From Tubiluchus corallicola (lineage: Eukaryota; Animalia; Priapulida), in contig JAQGDQ010001184.1 of assembly GCA_030141605.1 (NCBI GenBank), positions 1-56,989 of the forward strand: a stretch of 56,989 bases of DNA. Reading direction: 5' to 3'. Made by a program: the position numbers and the translations under genes. Position 1 is the stretch's first letter, and each line of letters starts with the position of its first letter. Under the pieces are notes generated by a model that did not search any database, was not told where the DNA came from, and worked only from the letters and a program-made list of their open reading frames with translations. This document shows positions 1-12,261 of the stretch, in pieces.

Positions 1-348
<348 letters not shown>

Positions 349-418
349 GTTGTTGTTGCATAAATGAGCGAGAAATCTATTGCTTTTTACTGTAAGGCAA
401 AGGTGTCGTTTTACCCAC

Positions 419-581
419 CCTATGACAGACGCCATCGCAGACTTTACATTGGCAATCAAAGTAAACGAAGCCAGCGTCTGGAAACTTGAACACTTTGAAG
501 TTGATGAAGACGTATGGCTTCCCCGTGTTCTTATCATTATATCTCTGCTGCCAGGCGATGTATTTACGATGTATAGGACAC
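419..581 (-). CDS. ZP protein coding exon 7 (end of ZP-C)
   Basis: taattacag|G TGT CCT; encodes CPIHRKY..FKVFKFPDAGFVYFDCQCKVCDGVCHR; donor AGG|GTGGGT (alternative donor 4 nt further on). Confidence 0.85.
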
Positions 582-2416
582 CTGTAATTAAGATACAATA
601 CACGTAATTAGAACACGCCAGCTGTAATTAAAACACAATGCCGTTGTCTCTATTGTTTTGGCACACGCCACAAAACCAAATACAAACTAACTTTCAGGAT
701 CTTGTTGCACTCTGTGAAAGTTGTAACTGTATATTTTAGGTGCTGCCATCTATTGATTAGTCACTTTAACATTTTACTAGTTAAACTCACCCCTAGTACA
801 ATTGCTCGGTCCAGTGAATATGCATACTCACTGGATCTCCCCTATTTTTACTGTAATGATATTTGTGAAGCCAAGTTTTGCATAGTTTTCTACCTATATA
901 TACTGGCTGGATTTTACTTCTAGCCACTGTCTAACTGTCACGCTCTCAGTGCAGTGTAGTCGTGCTACTTATGTGACCCTCACTCTCAGTGCAGTGCAGC
1001 AGTCGTGCTAATCATGTTACTGTCTAAATCTTAGTGATCAGTGCAGGACACTCTGGTCCTCAGTGTGTAGTTTAGCAGTCATGTTACATATGTCTATGTA
1101 GTGTAATAAACGTGTTACAGTTTTGTGCAGATATGTTATATAGTGTTTATTCGTTTTCTACAAAGTGTTCAACTTCAATTTCATACATGACTTTCACAGA
1201 CTCAAAAGCGAGGATATATAGTTGAGTGGTTCTACTGTAACAGGAGTGCCTGGACTAGACGGTATGGTTTGTACACCAACCTGTCTGTACAACTTTTTTA
1301 TTAAACAAGACTGTACATATGCTGACATTACTACACCAAAGACAGAAATAAAAGAAATTGAATTGAAATTGAATTATATGCATAACGTTCGAGCTTAAGC
1401 AACGCCCACCTTATAAAAAGGATGGGTGACAGCATGAAAAAGCTTTTGCCAGGCAGGCTCAAACTACACTGTTTGGTGTAGTTAGTCTGCGTGGAAATAT
1501 AATCTTCTCACACTGACTGATTTTAACTGTACGTTATTGTGTCCTGATACAACCTGCTGATTGGTTTCTAAAATTAAAGACCTTTGGAGAGGAACATGGA
1601 ACATGAAGGAACCGGATGTCATGCGATAGAATCCACTAGGATGACAGTTATGGACAGAACCAGCAGAACAGATAAAATGGATATGCAACCAAAGGTTTTT
1701 GAGATCTCTGCCAGTTTACTATTTTTGAGAATTGACTTGGATAAGTTTCTAGGTTCCAGTGCGGCCACAGCCATTAACGCACAATTTCAGTGCTGTGACT
1801 TGCCAAATTTTTAAAAAAATATCCTACCACGTTTTTTTTGCATTTTGCGTAACATACAATTTTGAAATTATAACTCAATATGAAAAGACTATGAAAGTCA
1901 TTTCATTTTACTATGAAAAGAAAAACTGCAAAAATGGTTTCTTGTTTACAAAGTAAACGAAAGGTGGCGCTGTTTACTAACTTTCTGCATCTCTTGCAGC
2001 TACAGGAAGTCACAGGTCAGAGATCATCACGTGACCCCAGATTGTCCACAGTATGCTAATTTCTATACTGTGGTAGGGGTTTAAGGGTTTGGGGTGAAAA
2101 AATATTTACTAATTACCCTTTTCCATCAATTAAGTCGAGGGATCCCATCTGCATCCCGTCGTGGGCGTAGCAGTTTGTCACGTGAATATCGAGGGGAGCT
2201 GAAATATAAATAAGATACAATCATGTTAGGTCACGTTCAAATTGAATTGTGGCTAGGGTATTGGAGGAGGCAACACAGGTCAACCTATGGAAACTGGTTT
2301 GTTCTAGCAATAGTAGCAGCTGCAGCAGCAGTAACAATAGCAGCAGCAGCAGCAGTAGTAGTAGTAGTGTAGTAGTGTAGTAGTGTAGTAGTGTAGTAGT
2401 GTAGTAGTGTAGTAGT

Positions 2417-2474
<58 letters not shown>

Positions 2475-2557
2475 CGGTAGTGGTGGCGGTAGTGGTGGCG
2501 GTAGTAGTAGTAGTGGTGGTAGTAGTAGTAGTAGTAGTGGTGGTAGTAGTTGTGTTG

Positions 2558-2589
<32 letters not shown>

Positions 2590-2701
2590 AGTAGTTGTGT
2601 TGGTAGTAGTAGTAGTAGTAGTGGTGGTAGTAGTAGTAGTAGTGGTGGTAGTAGTGGTAGTAGCGGTAGTAGCGGTAGTAGCGGTAGTAGTGGTAGTAAG
2701 T

Positions 2702-2800
<99 letters not shown>

Positions 2801-5800
2801 GTCATTCGCTGATGTTTTAACAAAGCCTTTTGCCATTCGCAAGGTCAACTGTCATGAGTGAAAAATTGTGACACTAACTGTTTAATACATGAACTATTAT
2901 TAATTACTTGCATTTTTTTAATATATAGCTTTGGACGTTGTAATTAGTTTTTTATTTGTTACAGTTGGCCTTGAAAATGCGAAAGGTTTTATTGAAATGT
3001 TGACATTTGATTGTAAAAAATGTCGGTAATTATTCAGGTACCTTGTTACCTTGTTGCCAGTAATAGAATTTTTGAGGTGATTTCAGGTACCCCTTTTCTT
3101 TTTTTTAAAGAATAGATGTACTTTATTCGTTGATGTTGCAGAGTTAGGTGGCGGAATCTGTTTGAAAATTAGCAAATTTAAACAAACTGACAATTCCGTA
3201 ATCAATGCAATGATTCAGTACTTACAAGTTTCTTTGACGTAAAAAACTAGAGTGGCGACGTCACCGACAGATAAGCGACGAACTCCACTGCCACCTGGTG
3301 ACGAATCTCCGCGAATGACTTGCATGAAGCATTGAGGGGTATTCCTCTGTGGCTTGATTTCCTTAGCAACAATGCTATCTTGCAGATACCTGTATAAAAG
3401 CAGATAAATAGCTTACTATGGACGTCATTAGTATTACAGCAAGTCCTCGCTTAATGACATAAACGTGTTTCAGCAAAATTCGTCTTTAAGTGAAACGTCA
3501 CTAAACGAAACATTGTTTGCCATTAGAAACAATGTAAAATGCGCTCCAGCAGCAAAAATAGTGCTTAAATATGTAAAAACGTTCAGTTGCTTGTAGCGGG
3601 ACTTGCAGTTTTATCAGCTGAAACTCTACATTTTATGAAGAAGAATTTTCATTCGATGTATCGAAACATGGGGAAGCAATGAATCATCGTGGCCTGCCTA
3701 TGGCGGCAGCTGATTGTGTTAGTGTCAGCTTATTTGTGCTTTTGTGACCTGGGCTTCTTTATAGAGCCCAAGCGCAATAAATAAGATTTTAGTGTTTCAA
3801 GAAAGGCAAAAAATCATCGTAAAAATGAAACATGCCACGTTAAGCGAAAAAAGGTGTCAAATGTTTAGTGTCGTTAAAACAAAATGTCGCTATGTGGGGA
3901 ATCGTTAAGCGAGGACTTACTGTATTACACAGTGCCCCAAAATGTACCAACTTTGTTGAGCAGTCACACATTTCTAGATTTCAGCTAGAGCCACTTCTCT
4001 GTGGAACTACACCTTATAATGGTCGTTTTTAAATTTCATAGATACTAATGGATGATTGTCAAATTCATTATATTAAAGGAAACGTCAAGCATTCTGGGAA
4101 GTTAGACATGTTTCAGTGTTTGCAAAAAATGTTTGAAGGATTTAGTGGTAAAAGTGAGATAAACACCTCGTGTAATTAGTAAAAGCACTGTTAAAGTCAC
4201 GATTATTTCACGCTTGGGCGCTCCCATTGTGAAAGTACATTTTCCACCAATGACGTCATTCATTGACTGAAGAAAAGCAACGCACTGTCAATTTCCGTAT
4301 TAGTATAAGTTTTTTACGAAAAATTAGATAGCTTGTTTTCTGTTATTTTTGCATGAACGCTAGGTAAGACACAGAATTTTGAATTAGTTTAATGAGCATG
4401 TGCTTGTAGAAAGCCAAGAAGTCCACCAATTGTGACATCATTTTCATGTGAAAGGTGATCTCCACCACGCGTGAAATTTTCTATACAGTGGCAGTATAAG
4501 TTAACATCATGTTTCATGAAAAGTTTTTGCTATTTCTTTGTTATATTTTTGTAAGTTTAAAAGTGATACAAGTGAAATAAACTCAAATTTGGAAATGATT
4601 TGTGTTTTCCTTTAATACGAAGCGCGAATAATTTTCATCTCCGTGAAGAAACTTTAGACGCATCGCATTTCTACGGTTCTGCTGCACTTCTGTGTGCACA
4701 TCAAACTTAAAACGATTGCTGGGCGGCTTGGTTGGAGAAAATAACTGTGAAAGTCAAAACTCACGGTACATGGTAGCCATATGTGACAGTCTCCACTCGA
4801 CTCCTAGCTTCTGGCATAAGCATGGCACAAGACAACTGGAATTTCTTATCCCACTCTTCAATAATACCCAGCTCAGGGTCCGTCATCATTACCACAGTGT
4901 TAGAGAACACTTCACGAGCCTCAGCGCCCACGCCCTGAAATTATCGATTTTTTGTCTTTTTTTTGCTATACGTTTAACATACACCAAACAAACTCACAGT
5001 AAGTCGTTTCACAGTTTCACTGTGCCCACGCGCAGTTGCTGTAGGTCAAAGGTTAAGTGTACTACAGCAGTGCGTCTTATCTACAACCGTCACGTGATAA
5101 GTGGGTGAAGCAAAGCCGTCTGCCGCATCAGTTCAGAAACTTCAGTTATTGTACGTGGGCTTTACTTAATTATGCATAGATAATTTACTAGCAGGATCTT
5201 GCCTTGAAACAGGAAAGATAAACTAGATAAGATTCTAGCTAGCTGTTAAAACTGTTGCTATTACAATAGCATGGGCTGCGAAGCCTTGTCAAGTGTACAC
5301 AGATGCGTTGTCTGGTACACATAACCTTTCACCTTTTCACGATCACCATCAATCGCTGAAACTGTCCTATAAAAAAGCTTTTTTAGAATCTCATATTTTT
5401 GTAGAATTGAGCAGCAAGTTGCAGTAATAGCAACAGCATCAACAGCACTCTACCACCATCAATCTACCACCCACCAACACCACAACCACCCACCACTACT
5501 ACAGCAGCAACTACATAAACATCAGAGAGTGTTGTGTCTGGACAGTTGAAATTTCCTGCATTAGTCGATTTCACACAAGTGATACTGTACTTTGTTACAG
5601 TGCAAACACTGCAGTTACTGAAACCTTTTTTCTTTTTTTTTGCGAAAAATCAATTTTTAATTCGTCTAAGGTAATCAGATGCATTGCATTTATAATTTTG
5701 CATGAAAATCCATTGTGTGAGCCTAGAAACCTACAAAAATTGTCAAACATAACGTAACCACTGCTTAATCAGGCATTTTTCCATGAACTGTAGCAAGCAC

Positions 5801-8800
5801 TTATGGTCCTAAAGGAGTTAATCTAACCTCAGTTTTCGTTTTTTTTAACTTTACTCACTAACCATGGTCAAATTCCCCTGTCAATAAGGCCCCAATTTGA
5901 AAATATATATAATAATCATAATTACTGATTAATTGTATTGTTTTGTTTAGATTTAGGTATCATCTAACTTTATTATTTTTTGTTTTCACTTATACTGTTT
6001 TCATTTATACTTTGTTTTCATTTATACTGTTTTTTATTATTATTTTTCTTATTTGTTTTTGTTATCCGTAGCCTCACCATTTATTTTTAATATACTAATT
6101 TAATTATAAGACGGGGCAGGAGACTAGATGACCCTATGGTCCTTCTCTGCCCTGCTCCACGACTATAATTAAGTAATATTTAAAAAACTCGTCATGTCAA
6201 ACAAATTGGAGAAAATAAATGTTCTATGGCTATGTCTATGTCTATGTCTATGTCCTGGTTGTATTGGCAAACTGTATTTACGTCAATATAGCGAGTAGTC
6301 CCGCAACCATCCAGTGGTATCTCCATTGACATGAGGCTCTCTCTGTACATACGATGTCTACACGCCTGGCTCTTGTAGAAACCGACGGGGTACATCATTC
6401 CATCGAACGGTGGAGTAAAACTAGCCGACATCACCATCTTATTGTTGTCCAAGAAACAACGAACTGCCATGCCTGCAATAAAACACATTTGAATTGACTG
6501 GGACATAACGTAGGCTGCGAATGACTCGTTTCTGCGTAGCAGAGGAAATATATTCGCGTTTATGTTTAAGAAATGATATCAAAGACGAATCACACTTTGT
6601 TGTAAAATATATATACTTTGTTAAAAAAAATTGTTATATATTACAATGATCTCAGAGGAAAATTATATAATCACATCAATGTAATTAAACCAGAATTTTT
6701 CCTTATGAGCGATGCTGATAAATTTTTTTCTTGATGGGCAGTAATGATTTAGAAGTAATTAAGAAATTTATTAATTATGTTGAAGAACGTTTTTAAGACA
6801 TAATGTACAATATACTATGTAATGATCAAAACATTGAAAATGAATGACAATAAATGAATGACAATTTGTTTTAAATACTATTCATTATTTTTTTCATTTA
6901 AATAACTAATATAACTAACAGAGAGATTTAATAATATTTTTTTAATCAGTAATTGTTTTGTTTGTCTATAGTGTCATTATATTTCAAAATTGAAATTGTA
7001 TGTATGTCTTGTTTTTTCTCTTATATTGTATGTATTTTTGTCACTAATAAGTAAATATAGACATATTCCCAACGCTATCACTGAATGCGGTAAGATTTCA
7101 TAATTGGCAAAAAAATCCAGATTTTATCAGAAATCGAAAAATCTGCACGACAATCAAAAATTTCAATAAGATGCATATACAACATAAAGAATTTTTATAC
7201 AATCATATTTAGTATGCAATACTTTGATTTTTCAGAAGTTTGTCAGCTTCATATCAAATCAGTAATGAGTTTCAATTAATTAAGCGACTGAGTAAGCTAC
7301 TTTTTACTCAGAAAACCAGCACTTCTGTAAATATGAATGAACAAATTCATAAAAAGTTGTTTGAAAAATTACTAAACTGATAAATAATGATACATAAACT
7401 TCAAAAATAGTTGCTTAAGCTAAGGATATTACAATGACAACAGTTGTTTTCAGCTCAGTGGAGGTTTGCAAATGCATTGCACAAAAACAGGTGCTGTACC
7501 ACTCAGTTTAGATGTGTTAGTTTGTGACGAACTACAAACGTTCGATAGCTAATGTGTGAGCACAGCGGTAAATTTGAAATTTGAATTTTTATCTTAAAAC
7601 TTACCTAGTTTTAGTACGACACAGCACTACAACAAATTTCTAACAGTAGCACTGTACTTTAATTTTCGATTTCACAAACACGTGCAACAGGCTCGTGGAT
7701 TATGTTTGCTGTTGAAAATTATGTTAGTTTGTGATGTCATCAATAGTTGGGCTCTCTTGCCATTAATTAAGTTTTTAATCTATTATTTAATTATCAGAAT
7801 TGCTTTTGCGGTAATAAGGGTCTTAAAATGTATATTTTTTATCGGACTTGAAAATGGGGTAGTGTATGAAAAATCATCCTGTCTTTGTTAAAAATTCATC
7901 TCGAAAAAATTATAACACTTACATATTCCCTTTTTGCATGTATGGCTTGCATCGGCAGTAACGCTGTACAAAACGTGTAAATTTAAATTCGATGACCGTT
8001 AGGCGCAGCCATTTTAATGGTATGCCGTTTGAAACAAGTTTTGATAACATAAGTAAAGTTTGAAAAATAATCAGAGCATTCGTAGCATACATGTTGTTAA
8101 TTAAGTGAAATTTTAAATTACTGTATCTAAGTAATATAGATTTGCACGGAAAGTTTTTTGGGACATAATTTAACATTGCCTTTTCTTCCCCTGATTTACG
8201 TTTCGTAGTGACGTCATGTAATGGCGCCGTCGGAACAGTATTGCAGGAGATTTAAAATTGCTTTCAACGCGAATACGATATATGCATAAAATTGCTGTAA
8301 GGTAATATAATTTTTAAGGCGATTTTTCTGAAACCTACTTCAGGTGCCTCCTTTCTTATCCTTTAACCCTTATAGTGTCACGATTTTTTACAACCGATTT
8401 TGGTAACCGGGGGATAAAAAATTACCCCCACCATAATTCGTAAATTACTTTTGATAAACCGCCGTGTTCATGCTTAAAGACATGTGACTTACTAATAATA
8501 CGAAATTTAAATTCACTTAGTTACGTTCCCTTATCTATGCTGGAATAACTGTAGACAACCGACATTGCTAGCGCGTGTGCAAAAATCATTGGTATTTCGA
8601 ATTTATTGTCTACTACTTTCTTCTTTTAGGTGGAGTAATTTGAGTAACTGAGTAACTGACATATCAGATACATCGCACGTATAATGTATAGACAAGCGAA
8701 GTAAAGTTTCGACAATTTTAAAAAATCGACATATTGCATTTTCACTTTTATTTCGTGGTGAGACAATGCGCCTAAAATAAATAACTGAAAGTATTTTGTG

Positions 8801-11800
8801 CACAAAACATATTTAGAAAAAGTCATAGAAAAGGTTTACTGGGATGCGTATTTTAAAAGGGTAAAATGCAAAAAACCGGTCTGGGGGTAATTTTTACCCC
8901 CCCCCCCCCCCCGTGACCCTATAAGGGTTAATGCTAAACAAGCCAGGTCAAGTTATGCTAGAAAGCTGTGCGGGGTTTTTGTGTCAACATGCATTAAAAT
9001 TTCACCATTAACCTGTTCAACAAGCCACTCTGTCATTGACAGCTTCACTGTGTCAATTACAGATCCAGAATTCGAATGCATTTAGCCTAATTATCTTACT
9101 AGTACTGACTTGTAATGATAGTACTAACATAACAAGTTAATGCCCAATTAAAATGTACTAAAAAGTAGCTTATTATAATATTTTATACTAACTTGATATA
9201 CTGGACATGTGAGCTGGCGGTCCCATCTGAGGAAATATTTGGCTTGTTGACGGGTGGCGGCCTCCAGTGGCGAAAAAATCATTTTCTTGCCGGCTCAGCT
9301 TCACCGTTACCTACAAAACATTAATTATTATTAGAGATTAGTTAACAACATTAATAATTAACTGAATTTTTCTGATTATGTTATAGCCAAGTGGACAATA
9401 AAAAGGTTTGTGCAAAAGTATACAGGCAAAAAATGCAAAATCGATGAACATTTCAGTAATAAAAGTTTTAACATTAGAAATGTCTGAAACTAAATTTCGA
9501 GTATTCTTAACTCCGTATATCATAACTATGGAAATAATTTTCATAATTATCATAAACATGGAGTTCTTATAAGGTTGAATTAAGATATATTATTTATTTA
9601 CTTATTTATTCGTTTATTTATTTACTTAATTAATTATTTAAGACGTACTATGGCAATATTAAACCCAAACAGTTCGAAAAAGAAAGTTCGAAAAGTTTCC
9701 ACCTCAGACTGGACTTGAACCATTGACTATTTGGACACAATTCCTATGCTTAAGATTTCTACCAGTTGAACCATCAAACCAAGATGTACTAAGATCTTAG
9801 TTCACTATCATAACATGAATTTTAAATATCATAACATGAACATGAAATTATCCATATGACACGCTTAGACCAGCTTAAAGGACAAGAAAAGGGGTACCTG
9901 GAATAGGTTTAAGAAAAATCGTCTTGAAAATTATATTACTTTATAGCAATATCGTACGCGCGTTGCAAAGACTTTTTGTCTGTTTTCATTTTCAATCTCC
10001 CGCAATACTATTCCGACGACGCCATTACGTGACGTCATACACGCACAACGTAAATCAGGCGAAGATAGACTATGTCCCAAAAACTTTCCATGCAAATCAA
10101 TATTACTTAACATAACTCTGACCTGCTAGAAAGACTTATGTAACTAGGAAAGAAAATTATTAGTTATATAAAACGTTTTCACCAATTGGTAAGAAATGTC
10201 GTTGACTCACCTCCAGGGTGCGCCACCCACTAACCAAAAAAACGTATTTACTAAACTAGTAACATGTAAGCTACGAATACTCTGGTTATTTTTTCAAACT
10301 TCAAGCAATGTTAACTAAACATGTTTCAAACGACCTACCACTAAAATGCTGCATCTAATGGTCTTCGCGGGAGTTCAAATTTACATGTTTTATATAGCGT
10401 TACTGCCGACGCAAGCCACGTATGTAAAACCTAGTATGCAAGCTGTATAAAATTTCAAGACGAATCTTTTAAGCTTTATGTAACTGAAAGGTTTTCTTGT
10501 GCTTTGAACTTGAAAATGTGAAAATTTTGCAATAACTCGATAAAGATTCTCTTTCAAAACATTATGAACTGCACGTCTGAATGTTTATTATCGGTTTATT
10601 TAGATGTAAATTAAAATGTAAATGAAGTACTCGATACTATAAACTTTTGATCGAGCGAAGTTAGTAATTTTCTGAATATCTACGCAAACAAAAAATCGTG
10701 TAATCATTTTTGGAGCTTCCAGTTTTCGCCTGATTTTGGTAAAATGAAAAACTCGTGCGTGTCTCATGAATCTAAAACATCTTATCCTAATTTACAATAA
10801 ATTTCTCGACCTATTCGTTTATTAATAGCAATATCGTCCATAGGTCGGCAACTAAGCTTTTCTAGCTATTCACATATCCTGAATCTACATTTCATGAAGA
10901 TCATTTTGATACTAAGCTCATCGCTCTATGTTATTTCTAAGCGGAGATAATCCACGTTGAAGTTGAGGTACAAGCTGCACAATGAAAAACATAATCTTGA
11001 GAAAATCACTGTTAAAGTCAGCCATTGTTTTTGTCGCGTTTCTTCAAAATACATAGCAACCGCACAAATGTTGGTTGCTACGGATTTTATAAAACATGTT
11101 GAACGTATGTTTAAATCCAGTAGATGGCTCTTACTGACGAAGATCTGGGCTTGTTAACAGTAAATGCAGCTGCCAGGATCTACTTATGAAGTTTGAAAAT
11201 CCAAGTTTTTTACAATTGCAGTACTAGATTCTAGCCAGAAAGTGGGTAAGGAGTTATAAAATTAAATTTTTAGTATCTTTTGAACACTTTCTTGATAATT
11301 TAATATTAGAATATAAAAGCCCAATATATTTAGCGCTGGTTTTTACAAAATACGAAAAATTGACATTTGACCAAATTTTTGGGTCATTCTACTTTGAAGC
11401 ATCATTACGTAGTTTTATGTATGTCGACTTATGGACGATTTTGCTTTTTAGACAGTTTTGCAAATCTATAATTTAAGTCATTTACTTGTTACCAAGCCTA
11501 AAAAGGTTGTTATGCTAGCTAGGCTGTATTATACATACGAGTTACACATGTATAATCTACGTTGTGCTGCACTATGTGCAAAAATGGAAATTCCTGCTAG
11601 TTACAGAGTAGTTAAGATCTCTCAGTGATTTTTAATGGCCAGATCTTATCAACTGCTTTTTTAGTATTTTGTCCTTGACAACAAATATTTTATTAATATC
11701 TTATTAATAAAATAAAGAATAAGAAGATACTATTCTTACACAAACCTAAAAGATCGTGTTCGAATTTTGTACGGCCTACACGATTTCTTATTGCGCAGAG

Positions 11801-12204
11801 AGCTTGTATTGGCAGTAACGCGTTACAAAATTTGAAAATTTAAACTCTTGTGATGACCGCTAGGAACAGTTATTTAAACGTTGTTTTTGTTAAGTAACTT
11901 TAAAATGTTTTTGCTGAGCTAGCGACGTTTTTTTGGGACACACCTGGATAGTGAAAGAGTGACCTTTTACAGTTTCCTTGACGAAAATTTAATATTATTA
12001 ACAATTTTCCTTTTTCAGTTACACACGTGTCTTTCAAACACGTAAACGTAATGTTAAGTGATATAAAGTCATTTTATTTATTTATTTATTTAAAGTTTAT
12101 TCCAGCCCACAAAAACGCCATATAAAAGTTAAAAAAATTACACAAAAAACAAGGAAATACTACATGTCATGCGCCATTAAAAATGTACAAAAAATATAAT
12201 AAAA

Positions 12205-12261
<57 letters not shown>

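Noticed and set aside
1240-1810. Additional ZP exon or gene in 1482-1814 ORFs
   Set aside because: ZP exons 6 and 7 join seamlessly without it; the region looks like old repeat debris (AATAAA plus GAATT-repeat tail at 1345-1375)
2221-2848. Poly-L/T/A/Y/V ORFs
   Set aside because: Translations of a triplet microsatellite inside a ZP-gene intron
4692-5108. 138-aa plus-strand ORF
   Set aside because: Antisense to ZP exon 4; no recognisable motif
9690-9775. tRNA gene
   Set aside because: A and B boxes present but no convincing acceptor or anticodon stems; treated as SINE-like
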